Positions 22,766-31,447 of a DNA stretch of 58,920 nucleotides are shown piece by piece. Below the pieces are notes generated by a model. It did not search any database. It was given only the letters and a program-made list of their open reading frames with translations, and had not been told where the DNA came from. The stretch lies in contig DAIDAM010000014.1 of assembly GCA_027310625.1 (NCBI GenBank), positions 1 to 58,920 of the forward strand. Direction: 5' to 3'. How positions within the stretch are numbered: position 1 is the first letter of the stretch; every line of letters starts with the position of its first letter. Both the position numbers and the translations under genes were made by a program. This stretch comes from a bacterium. GTDB lineage: Bacteria; Patescibacteriota; Minisyncoccia; UBA6257; 2-01-FULL-56-20.

Positions 22766-22798
22766 AAGGAACCGCAGTTGCGGTTCCTTTCCATTTTT
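22766..22798 (+). terminator. Intrinsic terminator
   Basis: Stem aaggaaccgc, loop agtt, stem gcggttcctt, then tccattttt. Confidence 0.6.
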
Positions 22799-22842
22799 AA
22801 TGCTTTAATTTTTATTTTCTGAAAAATTCTGTGTTTTGACAT

Positions 22843-22880
22843 TACTATGAAATAATCACAATTGTGATATAGTGATAGTA
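22843..22880. repeat. P38 palindrome
   Basis: Sequence is tactatgaaataatcacaattgtgatatagtgatagta. It ends 41 nt upstream of ychF. Confidence 0.8.
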
Positions 22881-22920
22881 AACAAAAAATTCATCAGTTC
22901 TGAAAATTTTTAAAATAAAC

Positions 22921-24027
22921 ATGAAACTTTCTATTGGGATTGTCGGTTTGCCGAATGTCGGCAAATCAACTTTATTTAAAGTTCTCACGAAGCAAAATAT
23001 CAACATCGCCAATTACCCGTTCGCGACCATTGACCCGAACGTCGGTGTCGTGACGGTTCCCGATGAGCGTTTGCAAAGATTAGCCGACATCAGCAAATCC
23101 AAAAAAATTATTCCGGCGGTCGTGGAATTTTACGACATCGCCGGTTTGGTCAAGGGCGCGAACAAAGGCGAGGGACTCGGCAATCAATTTTTGTCGCACA
23201 TCAGGGAAACGCAGGCGATCGTTATTGTAATTAGGATATTTAGAAATTCAGAAATTATACATGTCGAGGGAAATGTAGACCCACTGCGCGACCTCGAGAT
23301 AATAAACAGCGAGCTGGCGCTGAAGGACTTGGAAACAATAGAGAAGCGGCTGAAAAGTTTGGAAGCGGAGAAAAAAAGTGGCGACAAAAAGGCGGCAAAA
23401 AATTTCGAGATTTTGAGTAAAATCCGCGAGGAGTTGGGCGCCGGCAATTTAGCAATGAAATACTTGCCGGAATTGAACACTTCGACTGACGCTCAGGGTT
23501 TCGCGCAAGCGAAAGAAATAATTCGCGAATTGCAATTGCTGACGGCGAAAAAACAGATATACCTTTTGAACGGCTCGCCCTCCGAAATTTTTGCGGGAGC
23601 AAAAACTTGGGAGGGCAAATTCGATGCCCCGCATGCCTTACTCGACAAAATCAAGGAACTCGGTGGCGATTACATCATTGCCGATTTGGCTTCGGCTGAC
23701 GCAGTTCCGGAATTGATTAAAAAATCATACGAAACTCTAGGCTTGATAAGTTTTTTCACTACCGGCGAGGACGAAACGCGCGCCTGGACGATAGAAAAGG
23801 GAACGCTCGCGCCGCAAGCCGCCGGCGTGATTCACACCGATTTCGAAAAGAATTTCATCCGCGCCGAGGTGGTTTCTTATGAGAATTTGATGGCGGCTGC
23901 CCATTCGATAAGCTCAGGGCAAGCCCAGGGGGCTTGGAACCAGGCGAAGCAGAAAGGATTAATCCGTTTGGAGGGGAAAGAGTATGAGGTTAAAGACGGC
24001 GATGTGATGGTTATTAGACACGGGTGA
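22921..24027 (+). CDS. ychF: ribosome-binding ATPase YchF
   Basis: GIVGLPNVGKSTLF, the DIAGLVKGA motif, and a C-terminal TGS-like region ending EGKEYEVKDGDVM. The gene ends with TGA. Confidence 0.92.
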   Translation: MKLSIGIVGLPNVGKSTLFKVLTKQNINIANYPFATIDPNVGVVTVPDERLQRLADISKSKKIIPAVVEFYDIAGLVKGANKGEGLGNQFLSHIRETQAIVIVIRIFRNSEIIHVEGNVDPLRDLEIINSELALKDLETIEKRLKSLEAEKKSGDKKAAKNFEILSKIREELGAGNLAMKYLPELNTSTDAQGFAQAKEIIRELQLLTAKKQIYLLNGSPSEIFAGAKTWEGKFDAPHALLDKIKELGGDYIIADLASADAVPELIKKSYETLGLISFFTTGEDETRAWTIEKGTLAPQAAGVIHTDFEKNFIRAEVVSYENLMAAAHSISSGQAQGAWNQAKQKGLIRLEGKEYEVKDGDVMVIRHG

Positions 24028-24057
24028 CAGACTGACGACGAAAACATCATTTACTGC

Positions 24058-24095
24058 TACTATTATTAAATCACAATTGTGATATAATCATAGTA
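24058..24095. repeat. P38 palindrome
   Basis: Sequence is tactattattaaatcacaattgtgatataatcatagta. TGATATAAT lies at 24080-24088, and the next ATG is at 24131. Confidence 0.8.
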
Positions 24096-24130
24096 GTCGA
24101 AATTTCTCCAATTTTTTATTAAAAATTAAA

Positions 24131-24715
24131 ATGGCGTCAAAATTTGAGTGCGAAGTTAGATTTGAAATAAAAGGTATTGGGGAATATATGAAAAAACTCA
24201 AGGACCTCGGCGGCGAATTGAAATATTCGTACGAATTTACCGATTTTTATTACGAGCCGAAAAATGAAAGGTGGAATCCGGTTGAAAAAAATCTTCGCAT
24301 AAGAGAATGGGTAAATCCAAAAAATCCGACAAAGATATTCTTCGTGAAGAGTGAAATCGTATCGTCGGGAAAAATTCATTTTAAAAGGGCTGTCTATGCT
24401 GAGGGAAAAGTGCCTTTGTATGAAGGGGAAATTAGTTTGTGCAGGTCTTTGCTGGAAGATTTGGGATTTAAAGAATGGCTCGTCGTCAAAAAAGAAAAAG
24501 CTGAATTTTGGTCTTTGCCTAAGCACGGTTTCGATACTGTTTTTGAATATATTGATGACGTCGGCTGGAGCGGCGAGTTGGAATTCGAAGGAGAAAATAT
24601 TGAAGAAGCAGAGGAAAAAATTGTAAAAGCCCTCGGCGTGTTGGGCGTACCGATAAATTCTGCAAACTTTAAGCCGATTTCTGCAATAGTCGCCGAGAAG
24701 CGCGGGATTATTTAA
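24131..24715 (+). CDS. CYTH-domain protein (CyaB/ThTPase-like)
   Basis: The N-terminal ECEVRFEIK matches the ExExK CYTH signature. Size is ~190 aa. Confidence 0.65.
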   Translation: MASKFECEVRFEIKGIGEYMKKLKDLGGELKYSYEFTDFYYEPKNERWNPVEKNLRIREWVNPKNPTKIFFVKSEIVSSGKIHFKRAVYAEGKVPLYEGEISLCRSLLEDLGFKEWLVVKKEKAEFWSLPKHGFDTVFEYIDDVGWSGELEFEGENIEEAEEKIVKALGVLGVPINSANFKPISAIVAEKRGII

Positions 24716-24745
24716 CTCCTTCTTTCCAGCGCGCTACCCAGCGTT

Positions 24746-25330
24746 TTATCGTCCGGCGCGGGTAAATGGATTTTCCATGTCGAAAACCAATTTCGGTTCG
24801 ATGTTTATCCGGTCCGGTTCGATTCCGTATTTCATGTGGTAAACGTTCGTCACGGCGCAGAATAAAGCGTCTTTGTAATTGAAACCGAGCTTTTCTGAAA
24901 CGCGCTTAACTTCTTCTTCAGATTTACCTTCTACTTCGACGAACGGTTCGAGGAACGGCCATTCATCTATCGTTATTTCGGCGCCATCCAATTCCCAAAG
25001 CTCGCGTTTCGTTTCCTGATAATTTTTTCTGATGCAGCCGATGGTCTCCAGAAATTCCACAGTTTCATCAAAATCATTTACTTCAATGTAAGTTTCTTTT
25101 TGGTCGTGTATTTTGTCGCCGTCGCTTGCTTTCAGGCTGAGTGTTATTTTGTTTCCTTCGTCGCGGACGCGCAACCACGAATTTGCCGGCAGTCCTTTTA
25201 TCGGGGGATAAAGGTTTATCCGCCGCTGCAGAAATTCGGGGCGCAAAATCCGCGCGCCGGCTTTTTTCAACCGTTTGCGAACGTCGTCTTTATCCACGTT
25301 TAAAAAAGTGGCTTCGTATTCGATTTTCAT
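24746..25330 (-). CDS. CYTH-domain protein (second, convergent copy)
   Basis: N-terminal KIEYEATF plus alternating acidic/basic beta-strand motifs. Size is ~190 aa. Confidence 0.6.
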   Translation of the reverse strand: MKIEYEATFLNVDKDDVRKRLKKAGARILRPEFLQRRINLYPPIKGLPANSWLRVRDEGNKITLSLKASDGDKIHDQKETYIEVNDFDETVEFLETIGCIRKNYQETKRELWELDGAEITIDEWPFLEPFVEVEGKSEEEVKRVSEKLGFNYKDALFCAVTNVYHMKYGIEPDRINIEPKLVFDMENPFTRAGR

Positions 25331-25335
25331 TTGGC

Positions 25336-25965
25336 TTAGTCGCGCCGCTCCAGCGCGCTTCCGAGCGTTTCGTCGTCGGCAAACTCTATCTCGCCGCCGG
25401 TGGGCAGGCCGCGGCCGAGGCGGCTGATTTTTTTGGCGAATGGCTTCAGTTCCTTTTCAAGAAGCGAGGCGTTGAAATCACCGACGCTTGTAAGATTGAA
25501 GCCGAGAATTATTTCCTCCGCAATGCCGTTCGAAGTTCGAGGTTCGGAGTTCGATACAAGATTTTTTTCAATAAAGTTTTTAAGCCCCTGTAGGCGCAAT
25601 TTCTGCCAGTCCTCCAAAATGCCGCTTTTGGGAATCTCGCCGAGAATAAAATACCTGCCGTTGTATCGTCCCGTATTTTCAAGCGACAGCAAATCGGTTT
25701 CTTTCTCGACGACGGCGATGATGTCCTGATGCCGCGAGGGATTGCCGCAGATATCACAGAGCGCACCGGCGTTTTGGTGCACAAAAAAACAGCGCTCGCA
25801 GATTTTTATTTTTTTCAAGTCGGCGATTCTCTGCGAGAGGGTTTGAACGCTGTTTTGCCCTTCGCGAATAAGGTGAAAAACGAGTCGGATGGCTTGTCGC
25901 GGCCCTATCGAGGGAAGTTCGGTAAGTAAGTCGGCGAGTTTTTGAAAAGAATCCGGAAGACGCAT
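25336..25965 (-). CDS. recR: recombination protein RecR
   Basis: LPSIGPRQAIRLVFHL (HhH), the zinc finger CERCFFVHQNAGALCDIC, and a Toprim region. Confidence 0.9.
   Translation of the reverse strand: MRLPDSFQKLADLLTELPSIGPRQAIRLVFHLIREGQNSVQTLSQRIADLKKIKICERCFFVHQNAGALCDICGNPSRHQDIIAVVEKETDLLSLENTGRYNGRYFILGEIPKSGILEDWQKLRLQGLKNFIEKNLVSNSEPRTSNGIAEEIILGFNLTSVGDFNASLLEKELKPFAKKISRLGRGLPTGGEIEFADDETLGSALERRD
25526..25557. repeat. gttcgaa word repeat inside recR
   Basis: Sequence is ccgttcgaagttcgaggttcggagttcgatac, read on the minus strand as SNSEPRTSNG. Confidence 0.55.
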
Positions 25966-26024
25966 TCAATTAGTATAATCCGATAATGAATTGTTATTCA
26001 AACCGAATACAGGTATGAATTTCT

Positions 26025-26049
26025 GATTGTTGACTTTTTGTCAACAGTC
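26025..26049. repeat. P25 palindrome (TGTTGAC-TTTTT-GTCAACA), T5 orientation
   Basis: Sequence is gattgttgactttttgtcaacagtc. Confidence 0.8.
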
Positions 26050-26063
26050 AGAAGGACGAGAAA

Positions 26064-26135
26064 TAAATCTGCGTAAACCCGCATACAAATCTGTATACAA
26101 ATCCGCATACAAATCTGCGCACAAATCCGCGTTTA
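26064..26135. repeat. About six tandem degenerate 12-mers (aaatcYgcRNAc)
   Basis: Sequence is aaatctgcgtaaacccgcatacaaatctgtatacaaatccgcatacaaatctgcgcacaaatccgcgttta. Confidence 0.7.
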
Positions 26136-26167
26136 CCCTTCTAAATTTCTCCGGAAATTTTGGAGGG
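26136..26167. repeat. CCCTYC..GGAGGG hairpin family
   Basis: Sequence is cccttctaaatttctccggaaattttggaggg, lying just 3' of dnaB. Confidence 0.65.
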
Positions 26168-26200
26168 TGAGTCCGCGCTTTTGCGCAAAGCGCAAAAGAA

Positions 26201-27574
26201 TTAAAAATCCTCCGCGACGCCCGTCATCTCCTCGCTGTAGCGCTTTTCAATCGTTTTGAAGACGACGCGGTCGGGGTCAAATCTCAATTTCACCGAGCCG
26301 ATGGGGCCGTTTCTGTGTTTGGCGATGATTATTTCCGCCATGTTCTGCTCTTCGGTTGCCGCCGCATCGTGCCGGTCGCGGTCTTTTCTGTAAATGAAAA
26401 GAACGACGTCTGCGTCCTGTTCGATGCTGCCGCTTTCGCGGAGGTCGGAAAGACGGGGGATTTTGTGGTCGCGCTGGTCAACCGCGCGGGAGAGCTGAGA
26501 AACCGCAAGGACGGGAACTTTCAGTTCGCGGGCGAGCGACTTCAAGCCGCGCGAAATTTCTGTCACCTGCTGAACCATGCTCTCCGTTCCGATTCTCGGC
26601 ATTATGAGCTGAAGATAGTCAACGATAAGAAGCCCGAGCCCGTGTTCTATCTGCAATCGCCGCGCCATGGAGCGCATCTGAATTATGTTCGGCGAAGGAG
26701 TGTCGTCTATGAAAATGTTTGCCTGTGACAGTCGGTCGAGCGCGGCCTGCATCATTTCAAACTCAACGTCGTTCGTTATCCTGCCGGTGCGCAGTTTCCA
26801 GAGCGGCACCTGCGATTCGGCGGCGATGAAGCGGTCAATGACCTGTTCGCGCGACATTTCAAGCGAGAATACTCCGACCGGAATTTTTGCGTTGAGTGAG
26901 GCGTGACGCGCAATGTCAAGAGCAAAACTCGTTTTGCCGAGCGACGGCCTTGCGCCGAGCACTATCAGGTCGGATGCCTGGAGGCCGGAAAGTAAATTGT
27001 CCAGTTCCGTAAATCCCGTCGGCACTCCGCGGAGAGCGCCTTTGCCCTGATGCAGTTTTTCAATGCGGTCGTAAGCCGGTTTCAGTTCGTCGCGGATATG
27101 GACGAAATTCTGCGGAGACGATTTTTGCGAAATCGCGAGTATTTTTTGTTCTATGCCGTCCAAAATATCGTCAACTTCTTTTGTCGGCTCAAAGGCGTCT
27201 TCGCTTATCTGCGACGATGCTTCGATCAAGTCGCGTAAAACTTTTTTCTCGCGGACGATTTTGGCGTAGTGGTCGAGATGCGAAGCGGTTGTCACCTGAT
27301 TGGTCAGTTCGGCGAGATACGTCGAGCCGCCGACGTCGGCGAGTATTCCTTTTTCCTTCAGGCGGTTCGTTAAACTCATGATGTCTATCGGCTGGTGTTT
27401 GTCAAAAAGTTCCAGAATCGCTTCGTAGATTTTTTCGTGAGCCGGAGCGTAAAAGTCGTCGGACATCAGACGATCGGAAACTCTGAAAATCGCGTTTTTG
27501 TCTATGAGAATGGAACCGAGCACCGCTTGTTCGGCTTCAAGATTCTGCGGCGGAAGTTTTGGTTTTTTTGTCAT
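26201..27574 (-). CDS. dnaB: replicative DNA helicase
   Basis: PPQNLEAEQAVLGSIL at the N-terminus, the Walker A motif GARPSLGKTSF, and RELKVPVLAVSQLSR. Confidence 0.95.
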   Translation of the reverse strand: MTKKPKLPPQNLEAEQAVLGSILIDKNAIFRVSDRLMSDDFYAPAHEKIYEAILELFDKHQPIDIMSLTNRLKEKGILADVGGSTYLAELTNQVTTASHLDHYAKIVREKKVLRDLIEASSQISEDAFEPTKEVDDILDGIEQKILAISQKSSPQNFVHIRDELKPAYDRIEKLHQGKGALRGVPTGFTELDNLLSGLQASDLIVLGARPSLGKTSFALDIARHASLNAKIPVGVFSLEMSREQVIDRFIAAESQVPLWKLRTGRITNDVEFEMMQAALDRLSQANIFIDDTPSPNIIQMRSMARRLQIEHGLGLLIVDYLQLIMPRIGTESMVQQVTEISRGLKSLARELKVPVLAVSQLSRAVDQRDHKIPRLSDLRESGSIEQDADVVLFIYRKDRDRHDAAATEEQNMAEIIIAKHRNGPIGSVKLRFDPDRVVFKTIEKRYSEEMTGVAEDF

Positions 27575-27619
27575 AATCGCGATTCCAATCTACAAATGCA
27601 TCCGAATGATGCGAATAAT

Positions 27620-29026
27620 TTACTTTCTTGCGCGCCTGATTATCGAACCGGTTTCGGTGTCGCGCACCGTATATCCTAATCCTTTGATTTTTTTCCTCAA
27701 GGCGTCCGACTGCACAAATTGTTTATTTCGTCTGCATTCCTCGTATTCTTCCTTCAATTTCCTTACTTCGGGCGTGATTTCGGCGTTGAAAAACTTGATG
27801 CCGAGCGCGTCGGCCATTTTATCTACGCGGGCGCCGGCGTTTTTGAAACCGACCAAGCCGCCCAAAATAGCAAGGGCTTCCGCCGTGTTCAAGTCGTCGT
27901 TCAATGCTTTCAGGAAATATTCTTCTGTATTCACGACATCTCCGGGATTATTCCAGTTGAACCTGGCATCGCTCAAATGTTCCAATCCTGCTTCGGCGGC
28001 CTTCAGCGAGTCGAGCGTGAAATTCATCTGCGTCCGGTAATTCGTTTGCAGAACAAGATATCGGAAAACAATTCCGGCGTCCGAGATTTCTTTTTCCAAA
28101 TCCTTCAGCGTATAAAAATTTCCTTCGCTCTTCGCCATTTTCCTTCCGTTGACCAAAAGATGTTCGCAATGCGACCAATGATTGACGAACGGTTTGTAGA
28201 GCGGCTGGCTTTGGGCGATTTCGTTCGTGTGATGGGGGAAGAGCAAATCCACGCCGCCGGTGTGAATGTCGGTCGGTTCGCCGCGAAAAGCGATTTTATT
28301 TATTACCGAGCATTCAATATGCCAGCCGGGGCGGCCCGCCTGCAACGCCAGCTCTTGCGTGGCGGGCAGGCCCTCGCCGAATTCTTCGTCTTCCCAGAAA
28401 ATATTTCCGTCGGATTCGTCGCGTCCTTTCCAGAGCGCAAAGTCGCTCAAGTTTTCTTTTTCATATTCGTCCACTTTCACGCGCGCGCCGATTTTTTTTC
28501 CTTTCAAAAAGTCCTTGCCGACGAGCGCCCCGTAATCGCCGAATTTTTTCTGATATTTTTCGATGCTGAAATAAACTCCGTCGTCGGTTTTGTAGGCGTA
28601 GCCGAGTTTAATCAGGTCTTTGATGAATTTTTTTATCTCTTCCAGTTCGTCGGAGACGCGGATGAATTTTATGTGTTTGGAATCGGTCGGGACATTCACC
28701 GCCTCCATGTCTTTTTTAAAATCGGCGAAATATTTATCGGTGTATTTCCGCAATTCTTGCGGCGTCGCTTTTTTGCCGTATTCGTCAACCGTGCGCTTGA
28801 TGGTTTTGTCGTCAATGTCGGTGATATTCATCACCCAATTCACTTTGTAGCCGTCGTATTCGAGCGTGCGCCGCAAAACGTCGGCGAAAATGTAGCTCCG
28901 CAGATTGCCGATATGTGCGTTCTCGTAAACCGTCGGCCCGCAAGTGTAGAGATTTACCGCCTTGCTTTTAGGCAACTTAAACTCCTCGATATTGCGCGAG
29001 AGCGTGTTGTAGAGACGAAGATGCAT
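27620..29026 (-). CDS. cysS: cysteine--tRNA ligase
   Basis: TCGPTVYENAHIGNLRSY (HIGH motif), KMAKSEGN (KMSKS motif), and PGWHIECS. Confidence 0.95.
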   Translation of the reverse strand: MHLRLYNTLSRNIEEFKLPKSKAVNLYTCGPTVYENAHIGNLRSYIFADVLRRTLEYDGYKVNWVMNITDIDDKTIKRTVDEYGKKATPQELRKYTDKYFADFKKDMEAVNVPTDSKHIKFIRVSDELEEIKKFIKDLIKLGYAYKTDDGVYFSIEKYQKKFGDYGALVGKDFLKGKKIGARVKVDEYEKENLSDFALWKGRDESDGNIFWEDEEFGEGLPATQELALQAGRPGWHIECSVINKIAFRGEPTDIHTGGVDLLFPHHTNEIAQSQPLYKPFVNHWSHCEHLLVNGRKMAKSEGNFYTLKDLEKEISDAGIVFRYLVLQTNYRTQMNFTLDSLKAAEAGLEHLSDARFNWNNPGDVVNTEEYFLKALNDDLNTAEALAILGGLVGFKNAGARVDKMADALGIKFFNAEITPEVRKLKEEYEECRRNKQFVQSDALRKKIKGLGYTVRDTETGSIIRRARK

Positions 29027-29035
29027 TGGTCCATT

Positions 29036-30427
29036 TTACTTGAAACGCAAGGAGTCCCCCATAGCACTGAAAAGGTTGAGAAATGCATCGGAATCTGGTT
29101 TAATCTCGGCGACAAGTATTAGATCGTAAAGCACCCCTTTGTACCAGAAGACAAGTTCGCTATCTAGTGTCGGAACGCTGAATAGACGAAGCGAATCGTC
29201 CCCGTATAATATTGAATAAGTTTTCATACCGCGGGAAATAAGATACCTGCCTTTTTGTATCGGTACATAGTTGGGGGGAATTACTATGTCTGTTATGTTT
29301 TTCTTGATGTAGGGACCTAAGTAATTCTCCGGTACATTGGGCACGACGACTACTGTAACTATTTCCCGTAAATTATCGAGCACGCCCTCTTGAGGAGAAA
29401 TGAAGCTGACGCTGTAACTTTGGTCGCTTTGTATTGTGCTTGTGAATAAAGTCCATTGGTCGGGATATTTGATGTCGAATCCGGGGAACGAATATGATTG
29501 CGTAAGATATTGGCTTGTGTTTGTCGCGTTCGACGGCGGCGGAGAATAAATTGCTTCACCCGTTAAGTTGTCCAAAAATTCTCTGATAAAACCAGCGGAA
29601 ATAGAAAATGCAAGATTCCCGCCGCTTTCAAATGTCGCCTTAACGGGGATACCGTAATTACAACCTCTCGTGCTTACGACTATTCCCCCAGAATTACCAG
29701 CATTGGCACTCGCCGAAATTTTGGTAAAATCTCCGGAAAATCCGCTCACAACTCCGTCAGTGAGCGTGATGGATTTTCCTCCGGTTTTGGGGTAGCCGAG
29801 AAGATATACTTTCTCGCCGATTTCGATGGTTTTTTGAGGGCATAGCTCTTTGAATGTATCGTAGGGGTTCGGCTTATCCGGCGGAAAGGGGTATGTTTGT
29901 TCAATTCCCAGGAGGGTTGATGACGACAATAGTAGCTGAGCGTAATCGAGCCCATGAATTTTCTCTCCGCCCACAACAGACTCAGATTTGTCATAGGCCC
30001 ACACTTTTTGCACGCTGTAAACCGAGTCATAAAAACTGCCGTCTGGTCTCGGAAAATATACGTTGCACCCGTGAAATTCCCCGTCCTTGCCAATAACTAC
30101 ATGCGCGGCAGTTTCAACCATTGGCGCCCCCGTGTCATCGGTGTAATATAGACCGCTTCCAATTTGCGTTTCTGGTCCTCCTTCAACATCAGAGCATCCG
30201 ACCTGAACAACTGAAGGGAGAATTTTTTGTCTAACTATGGACAATATTTCACTTTCAGAGAGATTTACTTCTTTATACGCCCGATAATAGTAATATCCTC
30301 CAAGCGATAGCAGCAAAATAATACTGATTGCTAACAAAAAAACCTTCCAAGAAAAATTTGGAGTCCTCGGAGGAATAGGTTGGGGTTGTGCGATTTTTAA
30401 TTTTTCCGGGACATCGGGCATATTCAA
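29036..30427 (-). CDS. membrane-anchored trypsin-like serine protease with C-terminal domain of unknown function
   Basis: N-terminal TM helix, TAAHVV (His region) and GNSGGIVV (Ser region). Confidence 0.6.
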   Translation of the reverse strand: MNMPDVPEKLKIAQPQPIPPRTPNFSWKVFLLAISIILLLSLGGYYYYRAYKEVNLSESEILSIVRQKILPSVVQVGCSDVEGGPETQIGSGLYYTDDTGAPMVETAAHVVIGKDGEFHGCNVYFPRPDGSFYDSVYSVQKVWAYDKSESVVGGEKIHGLDYAQLLLSSSTLLGIEQTYPFPPDKPNPYDTFKELCPQKTIEIGEKVYLLGYPKTGGKSITLTDGVVSGFSGDFTKISASANAGNSGGIVVSTRGCNYGIPVKATFESGGNLAFSISAGFIREFLDNLTGEAIYSPPPSNATNTSQYLTQSYSFPGFDIKYPDQWTLFTSTIQSDQSYSVSFISPQEGVLDNLREIVTVVVVPNVPENYLGPYIKKNITDIVIPPNYVPIQKGRYLISRGMKTYSILYGDDSLRLFSVPTLDSELVFWYKGVLYDLILVAEIKPDSDAFLNLFSAMGDSLRFK

Positions 30428-30435
30428 AGTTTAAT

Positions 30436-31350
30436 CTACAGCCAGCGTTTGTTTTTGAAAAAGACAAGCATTGTAAGAACCGCGGCGGTCATCGCGCCGG
30501 CAATCAGCCAAAAGCCGTTCGGGTCGTTTGCGAGCGGCACGCCGCCGACGCGCATCGCAAAAAGCGCGGCGACAAGCACGAGAGGAAATGTCAGAAAAGC
30601 GAGGATGGTGAACATTTTCATCACATTCGTCGTTCTTGCGTTCAAGAGCTGGTTGTTCGTCGCCTCAAAGTCCAGTATTGCTTCGCGGTGGTAATCGAGC
30701 CGCGCGAGAAGTTTCAAATATTTCCCGAGCAAGTCCTCCGTGTAGATTTTGCTCTGCGGCCCCCAGAAACTTTCTCCTCTTTGGATGAAGGAAGAAAAAA
30801 GATGCTGCTGCGGTTTTGCAATCAGCTGATACTCTGAAAGGTCGCGTTTCACGTAGGAAATTTTTTTGAGAAGTTCGTTCTCCTTTCCTTTGAAGAGCTC
30901 CGAGCCGATGGCTTCGGTTTTTTCCTGAATGTGGTTGAGCTGGCGCTGGTTGAAGTTTATGAGGTGGGCGAGTAAGCGGTGGGCGAGCTCGAGCGTCGTT
31001 TCGGGAAAAATCCTTTTGCCTACCCCGAGCCGCATCGAGGGGTCTAATTCCTTCTTGAAATCGGCGAAAACGTTTTCGCTGTCGTAGCGGACGGTCACCA
31101 AGTCCTTTTTAGTAATGATAAAATCGATTTCCGCGCGGCGGGAAATTTTTTCGGCCGGGTCGTATATCGGGAAATGGTAAATAAGATAAAGATAATTGTC
31201 GGAGTACTCCACTCTGCCGTGAATGGAGTGATTCTTAAGTTCGTCTATTACAATCGGATGCAGGCCGAACTTTTTTTGCAGCCATTCAAGGTCTTCGCCC
31301 GCCGGCTTGACTATGTTTATCCACTTTATTTTTCCGCCTTTTATTTCCAT
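30436..31350 (-). CDS. CorA-family divalent cation transporter-like protein (GMN motif replaced by AMR)
   Basis: CorA-like architecture with two C-terminal TM helices and a terminal KNKRWL. The loop motif reads FAMRVGGVP where CorA has YGMNFxxMP. Confidence 0.7.
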   Translation of the reverse strand: MEIKGGKIKWINIVKPAGEDLEWLQKKFGLHPIVIDELKNHSIHGRVEYSDNYLYLIYHFPIYDPAEKISRRAEIDFIITKKDLVTVRYDSENVFADFKKELDPSMRLGVGKRIFPETTLELAHRLLAHLINFNQRQLNHIQEKTEAIGSELFKGKENELLKKISYVKRDLSEYQLIAKPQQHLFSSFIQRGESFWGPQSKIYTEDLLGKYLKLLARLDYHREAILDFEATNNQLLNARTTNVMKMFTILAFLTFPLVLVAALFAMRVGGVPLANDPNGFWLIAGAMTAAVLTMLVFFKNKRWL

Positions 31351-31403
31351 ATTTTATCAATTTTATATCAAGCCGGTTTCTAGGGCAATTTTTACGTAGT
31401 GCT

Positions 31404-31444
31404 AAAAACAGAAAACCCGCCGAAGCAGATTCTCTGCCGGCGGG
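31404..31444 (-). terminator. Intrinsic terminator
   Basis: On the minus strand: cccgccg stem, loop, cggcggg stem, followed by ttttctgttttt. Confidence 0.65.
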
Positions 31445-31447
31445 CAA

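Noticed and set aside
27719-29122. A 467-aa ORF on the plus strand.
   Set aside because: It lies entirely antisense to the well-supported cysS gene. The sequence is low-complexity (F/V/R-rich) with no motifs, which is typical of a shadow ORF. The same applies to 428-1180 (antisense to glmS), 14417-15115 (gdh), 36283-37182 (smc), 47077-47904 (dnaK), 52534-53205 (fba), 39975-40628 (rplJ), 17811-18389 and 10911-11351.
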